Assembly: GCF_009914755.1 (NCBI RefSeq)
Contig: NC_060928.1
Direction: 5' to 3' (one strand)
Source of the DNA: the human T2T-CHM13v2.0 reference genome, Homo sapiens
Length of the DNA: 64,000 nucleotides
Below are positions 15,296 to 28,409 of this stretch, piece by piece. Below the pieces are notes generated by a model. That model was not told where the DNA came from. It ran no database searches and saw only the letters and a program-made list of their open reading frames with translations. Every line of letters begins with the position of its first letter. Position 1 is the first letter of the stretch. The position numbers were made by a program, and so were the translations under genes.

Positions 15296-16363
15296 TGTGT
15301 CTGTGTCTGTATTTTTGGGTGTGTATTAGTCCTAAAAGAAACAAAAGTTTTACCAATTTATTATGTTTAGTTACCAATAACTTTAATCTATTGGCTATTT
15401 GAATTACTGGTCTTCACTGTCACAAAGATTTACCTCAAAATTTAAAAAACAGACAAACAGTCTCAATATAAAATGGCACATAGTATATTAATGGCTGTTT
15501 GATAGAACCTGCCTTCGTTTTATACCACTTCTAAAAATACGTTTGGAGTTAGCTGTATTGCGTAGGAGGCTGTGGGATGGGACTACTAACTCCAGTTTTA
15601 CCATCAAGAAATGATCTTTGATCACTGTACATCTATGTTTATTATCAGTTAAAAATAATGACACATTTCAGCTGATGGTTTTGGTCAACAATAACTAGAA
15701 AAGCCAGATATAAGGACAGTATTCTGATAAAACCTGGTGGAGAGTTTCAGAAGAGGTCAAGACTAGAAGCTTCAAGATTACAGATGGAAGAAGTACCAAG
15801 GAGGTAATGTGACTTTTCACAATATGTTTTTTCCCCGGGATGAAGAGTGGGGGCAATTGCCAATCTGGAAAGACAGTGAGAGACTAAGAATACGGGCTTT
15901 GCCTGAGCAGAGGACCACTGATGTGAGACAAAGAATCTAGCAGAGATTTTGGCAGTCTTGAGGGACTGGAGAGACAAAATTAGCTATGAGGGGCCAAGAG
16001 CTCAGTGAGAAGTAAAAGGTGTAGCGCTCAGCTTGACACATACTTGATTTTACCTACATGAGATTTGCTAAAGCCTGAAGTTACACATATGAGTGGAGGC
16101 TAAGACACTGAGAAGGAAGCTTCTGGAAAGAAGAGCGGATTCTCAGGAGTCTTGTCCTGGCTTGTGTTGAGGGCCTGTGAATGCACCAGTAGAAGTTCAA
16201 GACATCTGGGCTGGGTGCGGTGGCTACGCCTTGGCATCTGGGAGCCCAGAAGTCTAACAACTTGTGAGTCAGCTCAGTCACTGGGTGGATTACAACTATG
16301 GGCTACCATCCCACCGTATCTGTCTAGCAGAGGAAATGTTGATACTTCTTTGGGGATGTATAG

Positions 16364-16684
<321 letters not shown>

Positions 16685-17375
16685 GAGTCTTTATAATTTT
16701 TATATACAATAACTAAAATTAAGAGTAAAGATATGCTGAAAAGAGGCTCACGGCAATACAGCTGACATTAGCAGACTAAAACCTTAGAATAAGTTTGATT
16801 AATATGCTCCAAGTCATAGAAGAAAAGATGGAGAAAACAGATAAATTGGAATCTATAGAAAAAATCAAATGTACACTTGGAAATTTAAAAAAATACAATA
16901 ATTACAGTAATAACCTGTGGATGAGCAGTATAACAGGCATGGTGTAGAAGGTTAGTAAACTGAAGAGAAGGTCAAAAGAATACTCAAACAAGCACAGAGA
17001 GAAAAAAAAAGTAGAAAATAGTAAAACAAGTACAGGGAGCATGTTGGGTACAGTGAAACCATCTATTAAACATGTAACTCAGATCTCAGGAAAACAGACA
17101 CAATGAAGTAGAGCTATCTATGAGAAGATAATAGTCAAGAATTCACCAATGAATTTCACCTGATGAAAGATAACAATCCACAAATTCAAGAAGCTCTGCA
17201 AACTTGGAGGATAAATCCAAAAAACTTATACCTAGCAATATATAGAAAACTAAAGAAAATAATGGCAAATGAAAAATCATAAAATCACCCAGAGACAAAG
17301 ACACATTTACCCTCATAGCAACAATATGACTGACAGGTTTGATGGAAGTGAGAAGTCAAAAGAATAACAAATGTT

Positions 17376-17636
17376 GGCCGGGCACAGTGGCTTATGCCTG
17401 TAATCTCAGCACTTTGGGAGGCTGAGGCAGGCAGATTGCTTGAGTCCAGGAGTTTTAGCATAGATGGTGAAACCCCATCTATGCTAAAAATACAAAAATT
17501 AGCCAGGCATGGTGCTAGTCAGGAGGCTGAGGGACGAGAACCACTTGAGGCAGAGGTTTCAGTAAGCAGTGATTGCGCCACTGCATTCCACCTGGGTGAC
17601 AGAGTGAGGCTCTGTCTCAAAAATAAATAAATAAAA
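17376..17636 (+). mobile_element. Alu (AluJ-like) with two short internal deletions
   Basis: ggccgggcacagtgg...gattgcttgagtccaggag; short stretches missing after ggagtttt and after ggtgctagtc; TSD aataacaaatgtt / aataacaacatgtt. Confidence 0.93.
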
Positions 17637-17857
17637 ATAACAACATGTTGAAAAAAAAAAAACTGCCAAACAAAAATGCTATACTTAGCTTTAAAAATTA
17701 CATCTATTTAAAAATATTTTCAGACATACAAAAACTGAGTGAATTTGTTGCCAGCACACTTGCAATAAAAATACATAACCACTTACTTCATAATTTTTAT
17801 GAATAAATTATAAGTGCATTGACAAGAATGCCACAAATTTAACATACCAGATATTCT

Positions 17858-17889
17858 AAAACCGCAATTACTTTTGCACCAACCTAATA
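17858..17889. mobile_element. Solo Hsmar1/MADE1 terminal inverted repeat (TIR)
   Basis: aaaaccgcaattacttttgcaccaacctaa followed by ta matches the MADE1/Hsmar1 right end. Confidence 0.92.
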
Positions 17890-18029
17890 AAATAGAATTC
17901 ACACATTAGGTTCACCTCTATCAATTTACTTCTTTAACTGAAACTAATTAGAAATTTAAAGTGATTAAGTTCACTAATATATATTTGTCACAGTTCCTCC
18001 TGAATTTTCCAAATCATTTTTGTACACTA

Positions 18030-18190
18030 GTTCATTTGCTATGCACTGTCCCCCATGAGAAAGGCAAGGCAGATATTATCATCTTTATTTTATGTAAAAT
18101 GAAACTAATGTTTACAGACTCCGACCCTTGTCCTCAAGTACATGACAAAGTCAAAAGTAGAACACATATTTCCTACCACTGTTCATCACT
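18030..18190 (-). mobile_element. MIR SINE, degraded
   Basis: ccccatgag...attatcatctttattttatgtaaaatgaaact. Confidence 0.5.
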
Positions 18191-20855
18191 GAAACACTAG
18201 GAGGTAGAAATGAATTAATAGTATCATAGGGGAGTCATAAATTGCAAAATGAACCCAATATATAGCAAAGGGATAATCGTGGCTTCAGAGAATTTGTCTC
18301 AAATATTTTTATTTTATTTTTAAAGCTACATTAACAGCATTATTTTAACCCTCTAAATATTAGATCATCACACTCCTAAATATTTTCAGCAACACTATAA
18401 CCGTTGACTTTCACTGTTGTATTTCCAGAAAAAGTTAGGATGCAAAAACCTTTCAGCCAAGGTTTTACTGACCAATTTCCCTATCAAAGGCCTACAGGAA
18501 AGTGAAAGCTACAATGTTTTGTGATCCATAAAACATCCTTAAGCTAGAATTTGAATTACACCATGAAAAAGCCCAGAAGACAACCTCTTCATTGAGTTTA
18601 AGACACAATTTTGCCTCAAGGTGGGTAAAGGAAGTTTCACTCTATCATAGAGGTCCTAAAGTATCTGTTAAATCACACAACTGGAACAATGAAAGCAAGA
18701 GGTCGTCAAACAGCATAAACTTATTCTTCATACAGGATCTTTCCATGGATACTTCCCAGTGTCCTGACATCATGTTTTTCGGTGACCTTGGAAGATCACT
18801 ATTGCCTGCCCTGGGCTTTGTGCTATGGCTTTATTTTTGCCCTATAATGCAACTTCCTCCTTTTTCTCACCTTGCCCAGTTAAGAGCCCTTGTGCAACAA
18901 AATAGGCAAAGTATGTGTGAAATACATTAAAGAACATTATGAGAATACTCTCTAGTTCAAGGACACTATTTTACTCCATGTGGTTTTAAAAATAATATTG
19001 TACTAGCTATCAAATAAGTCAAATTATATCTATTTATAATATGCTTATACTTTCTGAGAAATTTTCTCAGTATTCTAGTGGAATGTGAAGAATCTATGTA
19101 CTTTTGACCTTCTTGGATAAAATATTTTTGAAATAAAATTAAAGATTTCATACATAAAATGTAATCTGTTCTTCTCAATATACATTTTTATTTACCATGT
19201 TAAGGAGGTAAAACATCTTATCGCTAAAGGTAATATCATATGCCAAAAACCATGAGCCAAACACCACAGTACCTCCTGTTGATCATTGCTAGCTGATTAT
19301 CTGATCAGAGTTATACACATATTGTATGTAAATGTAGATTTTTATATAGTGTACACCCCATCATGTAAGCACGTCAGAAGCTCGTACGTTCATAAGTCTA
19401 TTTCAAAAAGAGTTTTTGCTATTACAATACTTGAGGAAAGTAGTCAACATGAGCAACAGGTTCTCTAAGAACCTTAAAGTAAAACCCCATTATCATAAAA
19501 ACATAGTACAACAAAGTTAGAAAGACGACTTCAGATAAAACAGGTGGAGCCTATTGTGACAATTAGTCAAGAAACAATGAAATAAAAAAAACTGTATCAC
19601 AGAAGAAAACGTTGCTGACAACCCCATAAGTCCTGGATTAAAACAAGCTCTTTGCTCATAACATTGGTCTCTCAACATAGCGTGACATAATCAGACATAT
19701 AATTATGCACTTCCCAGTAGAGATACGCATGTAAAAGCTACAATGAGCTTTTCCAAAATCAAAACTGACACAGCACCTTCTGATAGTCCCACCATTCATA
19801 TTTAGTAAAGCCTCCCTGTATTATCTCACCCAGTTTCTTTTTAACTTCCACCACATTGATTATTCCAATAATTTTCTATCAAATCTGTTCTGAAAAGACT
19901 CAAACTTTATCAAAAGAGCAATCACTAAGAAAAATTATTTCAATCCTGTTTCAGAAAAGCTTCATTAGAATCATCTATCTTTAAAGAAAAAAAATCATCT
20001 GAAGAAAAATTAGCCTCTTTCAAGAAAAATAAAATAACCCTTTGAATTATTATTGTGATTGTTGCTTTCTTATACCATAGCATTATGTTAGATGCTGGGA
20101 TACCAAACTGGTATACCAAGAATCTCCTTAATGTTCAAGGATTATTTACATTTAATATACATTAAATTCATACATACAAAATTACTATTTAAAGTTTAAA
20201 TATTTTCGATTGTAGTGGATGAAAACAGAAAAAGTCACTGAACCCCCAAAGTAGCAAACTTTCACTTCTTTCCATCTTTTTCACGAGATATTCCTTTTGT
20301 AAACACATTGACATTAGAAACAGATGTTCTGATAGGTACCACCGCTTCCTTGTGATCTGAAAATTGAACCTCCTAAACAAGGAATTCATCAATAAAACCT
20401 GTGTCCGCCAAGCAAAAAGCCAGGGGGTTGGGTGTTGGCATGTTGGCTATATAGCACTTATAGGCGAGACAACTCTAAACTAAGGTACCTGAGCAGGTTC
20501 AGAATCTTTTTTCGTCAAACCCACAGAGCTCTATAATAGAAAACATTTTGATCTCAAAAATGTTTAGCAAGCAAATCTTTTCTGGAACTACTGAATAACA
20601 AAAAGAATTGCCAGGAAAACGTGAGGCTCTCTAACTACATATTGGCCATGCCTCTGATTCCATTCACCTGTCACAAATCTCCAAAATCAGCGCTTCAGAA
20701 ACCAGAGAAAAGAGCGAGAGTGAGTCTCCCTTAACTTTGCCATTTCCCTCACACCATTTGGGGATAAAACTTGGGCGTCTCTCTGCCTCGACTGGTCACT
20801 CCACTTCCTGGAGCTCCAGAAACTCCCTCAGCACCTGGATAACTGCGACACTCAC

Positions 20856-21750
20856 CCGTGAGCGCAGGACCCTCCTGGCGTCTTAAGTCCCAGCTCTCAG
20901 TCCCGCTGGCCGCAGGAACACAATGACATCTCTCGCCCAGGAGGGCGGTTGCAGGGAACCGAAATCGGACACAACAGTTGCAGTGAACCCGACTCAGGGT
21001 TGAGCGCATCAGCGCTAAACCCAAGACAAAGGCTGCCCTGTGTCTTCCGTACTCAGCGCTCTCCTTTGGTAATCGGTCCCCGTCCCCTTCAAGCCCACAC
21101 TAGGAGCGCGTGAGCCTGTGAAGTGGCTGTCATCGACTCCGCGCTTTCCGAGGGGTGCGGCTCCGTGACTAGTACCACGCCGGTGTAAACAGCGCGCCGC
21201 GCACTGGGGATCCGCCAGAAACGGCGCGCGCGCAGAGCGGGCGCTGGGGGCCAATAGTAGCAACTACCCCAGGATGCGGGCTGGAGCCGCCTCCTCTCAC
21301 CAGAGAGGCGCCTACTGGGCGAGCCCGCCGCCCGCAGGTTGGGTGGCAGCACCCGCCGCGAACCCCAGCCACGCTCCCCAGTGGACCCACCAGGCAAAGG
21401 CACCTGCTGCCTGCCCTCCAGGGCTGATGCTGTGCCAAGCCCCGCTCGGGATCAGGGACAAGCCGCCCAGGACTACCAGCCGGAGAGAAGGGGCTCCCAG
21501 TGAGGCTGATTGAATGAATGATGTTTGCAGTCACTTACCGGCGGAGGGTGAAGTAGCTCAGGCGGCCGCCAGGCTGCGTGCGGCCGGCATCCCGGGGCGC
21601 GGGCATTCTCCCATCCTTTGTCAGTTGCGGGTGGAGCGCTCCTCCCCAGCTAGCGGACGAGCAGCCGGGTGGCAGGCAGCCCGGCTCTGGCTCGGCTCCC
21701 CAGTCCTCTCCCCTCCTCTGCTCCCCCTCCCCTTCTCCGTCCCCCTCTCT
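20856..21750 (-). other. MARCHF1: Non-coding first exon, long or alternative form using the distal donor
   Basis: Second consensus donor CGG|GTGAGT (GT at 20855-20854) at the island edge; ...ggagggtcctgcgctcacgg recalled as part of the MARCHF1 5' UTR, unverified. It could instead be a separate first exon with its own TSS. Confidence 0.55.
21539..21750 (-). other. MARCHF1: Non-coding first exon, short form; 5' end approximate
   Basis: Strong donor CCG|GTAAGTGA (GT at 21538-21537) inside the CpG island. Gene name recalled from the MARCHF1/MARCH1 mRNA leader, not verified by search. Confidence 0.6.
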
Positions 21751-21963
21751 GAGCCGGCATTCACTGGGCTCCCATGATGTCATCCAGTGGAAATCTGCCA
21801 TGCTCAAAGACTGGAATAATCCAGCGCTCACGCGGGGAACGCAGAGCAGGCGGAGGAGGCAACAGAGCCTCTAGGAGTTCCCAGAACTAGCATCTCCAGG
21901 TTAACTGGAGTCAAGGACAGGACATAGGGGAGTCTGCGGAAAGCAGGCTCCGAGGGTGTATGT

Positions 21964-21997
21964 GGGCCGGGTGGGCGCGGTGGGGATGGGGCCGGGG
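21964..21997 (+). promoter_or_regulatory. G-quadruplex-forming motif upstream of the TSS
   Basis: GGG cc GGG t GGG cgcggt GGGG at GGGG cc GGGG: six G-tracts with loops of 1-6 nt. Confidence 0.75.
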
Positions 21998-23169
21998 ATG
22001 AAGAGCCTCTTCTTTGCCGTAAAGATTCCTAAATCAGTACTTAAACTGATGGCAGATGCCAAGGATAAGGAGAAAGTTTTTTTCTGGCTGCTCAGTAGCT
22101 CAGGTGCCCCATCTCGGTGATGGACACCTACACTGCAGCCACGATAATAATTAGAACCCCTGGAACCCTCAGAGCCCTAGTCACAATGAGAAAGTTTAGG
22201 ATGTCTGACCAATGACAGCTTAAATGATGAGCAGCTAAAGTGAGGGAGAAAGATGTGTACTGTTTACAGGCGGGAGTCTGAGGCAAAACATTAAACAACG
22301 AGGGGACCTCAACAATCTATGACATGAACACCGAAAAGACCGCTGGTCTGAGGCAAGAAGGCACCAGTAGCAATTCACTCCTAGCCTTAGTATTGACCTC
22401 CTGTCTTCCCACCATATACTAATGGACACTCGAGAAGCGACTCTCTTGTGGCCTCACCCAAAGACTGTCATCAATGATGAAACTATTTAAATCACAAGGT
22501 TTATTGAAACTCATAAAAGGTGCGATGCCAAATCTTTTGCTCAAGATTCTATATAACATCAATAGAAGTTTTATTAGAGGAATAGACAAACAGCCTGAGT
22601 ATTTTTGAAGATTCCGCTCTTTTCATGGAAACAGGCAGATACACCAGATCTGAGACCCAGCCCTACAGCAATCTAGAGCAGCTTCATGTCAAAAACTCTC
22701 CTGTTCAGGGACCAGATTTCAACAGCTCATGGTTTGTGCTCTAATCAGTCCAAGCTTCAAGGAGGCTCTTGAGTTCCCAGGATTACCTACCACCTGTCAT
22801 TCCTGGAAGAGACTAAGCTTGCAGAGAAAAGTACCAGCAGCCAGTGCTGATTAGGCAGTCTTCAGTGAGAGTGCTGGGTGGGAACGTGCAGCCTCTGCCG
22901 CTGCATTCATCACCATTATCCTTTACAAGTGTGAAGACTAAGAATAACATTTATTACAAGTGTAGATACGGTTAGAAACTCCTTAATCTTTGTAAATACA
23001 AAGAGGACTCAATAAAATAATAACGACAACAATTTAAAGGCTACTCACTATCAAGATAGGCTTCTTATTGCATTGTGAAATTGTGAAATCCAATGGGACT
23101 TTTCTGAGGAAAAAGTAATAAGTATGAAAAAGCAGCATCAGAAATTATTTTAAAAAATAAACTATCAGT

Positions 23170-23668
23170 GTAATGGATAAAGAAAATAATGGCACATATA
23201 CACAATGGAGTAATATTCAGCCATAAAAGAGAATAAGATCCTGTCATTTGCAACAACATGAAGGAACTGGAGGTCATTACCTTAAGTGAAATAAGCTGAG
23301 CACAAAAAAGACCGACTTTGCATGTTCTCACTCATTTGTGGGAGCTAAAAATTAAAACACCTGAACTCACAGAGATAGCGATTCAAGTGATGGTTACCAG
23401 AGGCTGTACAAAAATATAGATAGATAGAATGAAGAAGATCTAGTATTTGATAGCACAACAGTGACTACAGTCAACAACAATTTATTGTATATTTTCAAAT
23501 AACTGAAAGTATAATTGAAATGCTTATAACACAAAGAAATGATAAATTCTTGAGGCAATGATACCCCATTTTCCCTGATGTGAATATTACACACGGTATG
23601 CCTGTATCAAAATATTTCATGTATCCCATAAATATATATACCCACTATGTACCTATAAAAATTAAAAA
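23170..23668 (+). mobile_element. L1MA 3' end (5'-truncated)
   Basis: tggataaagaaa...gatcctgtcatttgcaacaacatg...tagtatttgatagcacaaca...tatgtacctataaaaattaaaa. Confidence 0.9.
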
Positions 23669-24870
23669 CTAATAGAGTATAAAAAAATTGTGATGCATGT
23701 ACTTTGTGAAATCTATGTGTTCACTTTTATTTTCAAATTAAAATATTTTAGGTATCACTAGTATTTATATCATTATATAATAAGTAAAAAATAACATATC
23801 AAATGATTGAACAAATGTTAGAAACAAATATTTTTAAATACCAAAATAATAAAGATTTTTTTCAATCGGGGCCAAATGGGAAGTAAACCAGGAGAAAAGG
23901 TAAAAATTTGGAAATGTAAGTAATGGCAGTCTTTGAGAATAGGAAAACAATCTAATGGCTTGAAAAAAGTAATTAGTACTGCTAATGACACTGTTCTAAG
24001 TGCATCAGAAGGTCAAGTTGTAAACCTTCCCTAGGAGATTGGTTCTTTAATGCCCTATCTATCTTCTTTGCCTCTGTTTATCTTCCAGTTCTTCAGCATT
24101 CTCTGGACTAATTCATAAGAATGGAGACAAGAAGAAGGTCATAGTTAGCAGATCTGGGGAATTTATAATAGTAGCCATAAAGATCGGAAAATGCATCCTT
24201 CAGCTTTTTTTCTTTTTCATCACTGCTCTAAGGAATTAAAGCAAAACCTAAATCTCTTACTTTAAAGAAAAAATGCATTCTTACATGATAATGTATTTAT
24301 TTCTGTGAAAATATCTTCAGTATGTGATTTGGGACTTTTTTGGGAATTGAAAATACTGTGCTGTGGCAATCACTCAGGACCCTGAACTTAGCAAAGTGAA
24401 TTTACTGTATCTCTACAATAACTTCTTTCCTAATGTGTCCCAACCTACTAATACCTTTGCCTGTGCCACTGACATTTTCCACTACTACTGCATGCTTTTT
24501 TATTTGTAATTCTTAAAACGTGGTGTTTGAATATTTTGAAATATTTTTATCCAAATGGATGCTATAAATAACTAAAACATCTAATTGTTACATGAGAAAA
24601 TGTAAAAGTATCGTAAGTCTTAGCCAAAAAAAAGTCTGAAATCATATTTTGCAAACCTAACTTACATTTGAATCACATTTAAATGGTGAATATATTAAAC
24701 CTTGGAATTGAAGATTTAGAGTAGATATATTATTTCTGCCTCAATTATTGATGCTCTACTGTACCATTTTCATACTGATACATGAGTCTCTTCACAAAAG
24801 CAGCAAGTGCTTTGGTGGGAAAAATAGACATATTTTAACATTTTTTATTTGTGAATTCCACAGAATATAA

Positions 24871-25261
<391 letters not shown>

Positions 25262-25329
25262 TGACTTTTAAAAACAAGTTTTCCTACATACAAATTTGTT
25301 AATTGTTGATACATAATACACAGAAATAA

Positions 25330-25540
25330 TATCAGTAAGTCCTTATCATGTGCCAAATACTGTGCTAAGTTATTATATGTTACTCCATCTGCTCTTCAAA
25401 TCACCCCATGATACAAGTGTATTAACCTCTCTTGAAGATGAGGAAACAGAGACATACAGAGGTTACAAAAATCGTCCAGGCAACTAAACTAGTAACAAAT
25501 CAAATTAAAATTTGAGTATATCAGCCTAAACATATAAAGT
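25330..25540 (-). mobile_element. MIR SINE
   Basis: tgtgccaaatactgtgctaag...gatgaggaaacagagacatacagaggtta. Confidence 0.7.
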
Positions 25541-25618
25541 GTGTCCTCATAACAGCATACTTGCAACTTTTAGGTATTTTTTCCACTGAAAAAAATGAAA
25601 TATGAAAAAATAAAATGT

Positions 25619-25668
25619 TATATACATGCATACATTATATATACATATATATACACACATATATATAT
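25619..25668. repeat. (TA)n/(CA)n low-complexity repeat
   Basis: tatatatacatatatatacacacatatatata. Confidence 0.8.
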
Positions 25669-28044
25669 TCTATTTGATGAAGTAAATAATATGATTTTGT
25701 GAACTTTTCCATCAGTTAACAAATTCATCACTAATTTTATTTCCATTATCCCTGCAAATGAAATGCTTTCAAAGTTATTTATGAAGAAAAAGAATCTCAG
25801 GCTACCAAATAAATTTTGGTTTTGGATCTATTCTTAAACAGTTTCAGACATAAAGCAAGGTACAGTGATTTTTGAACTTGAAGACAGATCATTGCAAAAT
25901 GAAATAAAAAAGAAAAAGAGCCATAAACCATTCATTTGAATAAAGATAAAGACTACCTCAGCAACTATTTTCTCTGTACAGTTAATCCATCAGTAGCCCT
26001 GGGAGAGAAAACTACATCACCCATCCAAATGAAGGCTTTTCTTCCTACTGTGAATATTAACAAGGAAAATAGATCACTTTACATATTGGACCTGAAAGAC
26101 CCAGTATGTTTTTTATCATAGAAAGTAATATTCCCTGGGCACAGATATATAACCAAAGCTTCTTTAAACAGAAAGGTTTAGTGTAGACTTTTTCAAAGTC
26201 TTTTTTTTATTTTATCTTGTTTCATAATTGCTGATGTTTGGCAACTCTGTTAATAAGGGTTATTTGAGAGAATGTGTGAAATGGTTAAAAGGTACACATA
26301 ACAAATTATCATTTTTTTCAAAGTATGCTGCTAACTTGGCTTTTTGAATTAATTGCTCATTTATGATATAAACCATTTAAACAAACAAGGGCTATCTTGG
26401 TACTCATAAGATATGTTAGCAGGTACAAATTTATTTATTGCATACTTGGGATCTAAATATTAGTGTTATTTTGACTTTGGTTCCAGTACATTCTTCTATC
26501 ATTAAATATCTTTATTTGACAGGACGGGGACACATCCCATGGCTTTAGTTAATTCTCCAGCTGCTTTGTCACTTATGCTGGTCATTGGCACTAACATGAC
26601 ATAGAAGAGGTCTTATATGAATTGCTTTTGTTTAAAGGTACAGGAAAGATTGAGGAAATTTTTTTTAGAAGGAAGAACTTATTGCAGAATGGACATACTG
26701 CTTGTGGAAAGCAAAGGAATCTCATTGTATATATACACATTCCTTCACAGCCTAATGCTATGAAGGAACATGTATATATACAATTTTCTCCTAAAATAAA
26801 GGTATTTGAGAAGTAAAGATGCTGATTTATCCTCTTAGACTGAGATTTTTCTTGAGAAAGTGCTCATATTATTCAGCTGTAACAGTAGTATTAGTGATCT
26901 GCTTTCATTATTTCCACCCTGATCCTGTGGCCATATATATTTCCTCAAATTGCTTCAATTACCTTGGTTGATCCCATTTATAGGCATGGGATTAAAGATA
27001 ACACAGATCCAAATACGCCCAAAGAAAGATAATTTGCTGATCTTTTAGTCATAGTCCTTAATCTTTATAGCAGATGTTTTTCCCACAGCTATATCTTCTT
27101 AGCTATCATGGGGAAAAACCCTGACAAATATATTTTCTGAGGAAAAAACATATATATAATATTAGAGTCTTCTAATAGACATTCCTGATTTTCCAAGTCA
27201 ACTTTAATTTCTGAAGTACCCTGAGAGTCGAATGGAAGAGCTCAGAGTACTATAACCTTGCTTCTGAATCTAGTTCTCTTAATGATGTCTTTTATGACTT
27301 ACGTAATTCATTTCACCTAGCCACCTTATCTTCTTCATTTGGAAAAGGAAATTAATAACATCTGCCTTATATATCGCTCACTTCAGAGAGTTCTATGAGA
27401 AAAGAAAGTAGAGTGGAAGTATGATACAAAGGGAGTGTAATAGTTCTACAGATCTAAAGGGAGCCTCCTGAGCTACATCCCGTTCAGTGGTACAGGACAC
27501 TCAATTATGTATAGCTGATAGTGGTGGCTATAACAAGAAGGGAAGAGAAAGAACAGGAGTGGAAAAAAAAGATCTATTCTGTTGGGGGTCTTTTTTATTT
27601 TTTATTCCTTTAGACATAAATATGGAACAGTGGAAGTGTGGCCTTTGAAAAGTTTTGAACCCCAGCTTACCATTTACTATAACTTAATTAATATATTTTA
27701 ATGTCTCTGAACCCCACTTGCTCCTCTAAAATACAGTTAATTTTTCCTCAGTTTATTTTAATTTTTTGAAAATCAAGATATTTTTTCATCCACAGTGTGC
27801 TTTTAAGGTAGTACTAATTTTCACCTCTGCAAAAGTTATTTTATTAGTTGTAACAAGGAGTAGTAATGTAGACTTAAGGAAATAAGATGCTATCTCAAAG
27901 AAGGAAGGAGAAATTAATCTGTTTTGTTAATAATATAACCAAGACACTCTAAATGGTTCCTGGAAAATATTGGTTGAATAAATGAATGTATGATTGGATC
28001 ACTGTGATGATTCAGTAAAATAATGGAATATAGACAACATCTAG

Positions 28045-28409
28045 TGCTATGGTGTAAATATTTATGTCCCTGCAAAATTTGCAAGCTGAAACCTAATCAT
28101 AAAATTTATGGTATTAGGAGCTAAGGGCCTTTGACAGTGATTAAATCATGAGAGCAGAGCCTTCATGAATGTGATTAGTGTCCTTTTAAAAGAAGCCTAA
28201 GAGAGCTTCCTTGCCTCTTCCACCACACGAGAACACAGCAAGAAGTTTCAATCTATGAATCAAGAAGTAGGCCTTCACCAGACTCTAAATTTGCCAGCAT
28301 CTTGATTTTACACTTCCCAAGCTTCAAAACTGTGAGAAATATGTTAACATTGTTTATAAGCCACTCACTTTATAGTATTTTGTCAGAGTAGCCTGAATAG
28401 ACTAAGACA
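28045..28409 (+). mobile_element. MLT1A-type MaLR solo LTR
   Basis: Starts TGctatggt and ends gactaagaCA; internal aaaactgtgagaaata...tttataagccac; degenerate 5-bp TSD tctag / cctaa. Confidence 0.9.

Larger units (their letters stand above)
20765..21997. promoter_or_regulatory. CpG-island promoter of a minus-strand gene
   Basis: Abrupt GC- and CpG-rich block (gcgcgcgcgc, gcggccgc) in AT-rich surroundings; contains CCAAT (21251), forkhead TGTAAACA (21184), ETS site ccacttcctg (20801) and ATGATGTCAT (21774). Confidence 0.93.

Noticed and set aside
20828-20846. Second RE1-like sequence tcagcacc-t-ggataac beside the distal donor
   Set aside because: The left half is good, but the spacer is 1 bp and the right half is mismatched; too weak without ChIP data
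21251-21264. CCAAT box adjacent to an RFX half-site (tagcaac), suggestive of an MHC-II-type X-Y module
   Set aside because: Spacing and orientation do not match the roughly 20-bp X-to-Y arrangement needed for the CIITA enhanceosome
20749-21874. Many overlapping 80-120 aa ORFs on both strands of the CpG island
   Set aside because: Expected from stop-codon scarcity in GC-rich DNA; no homology recognised. Only the donor-overlapping uORF was kept
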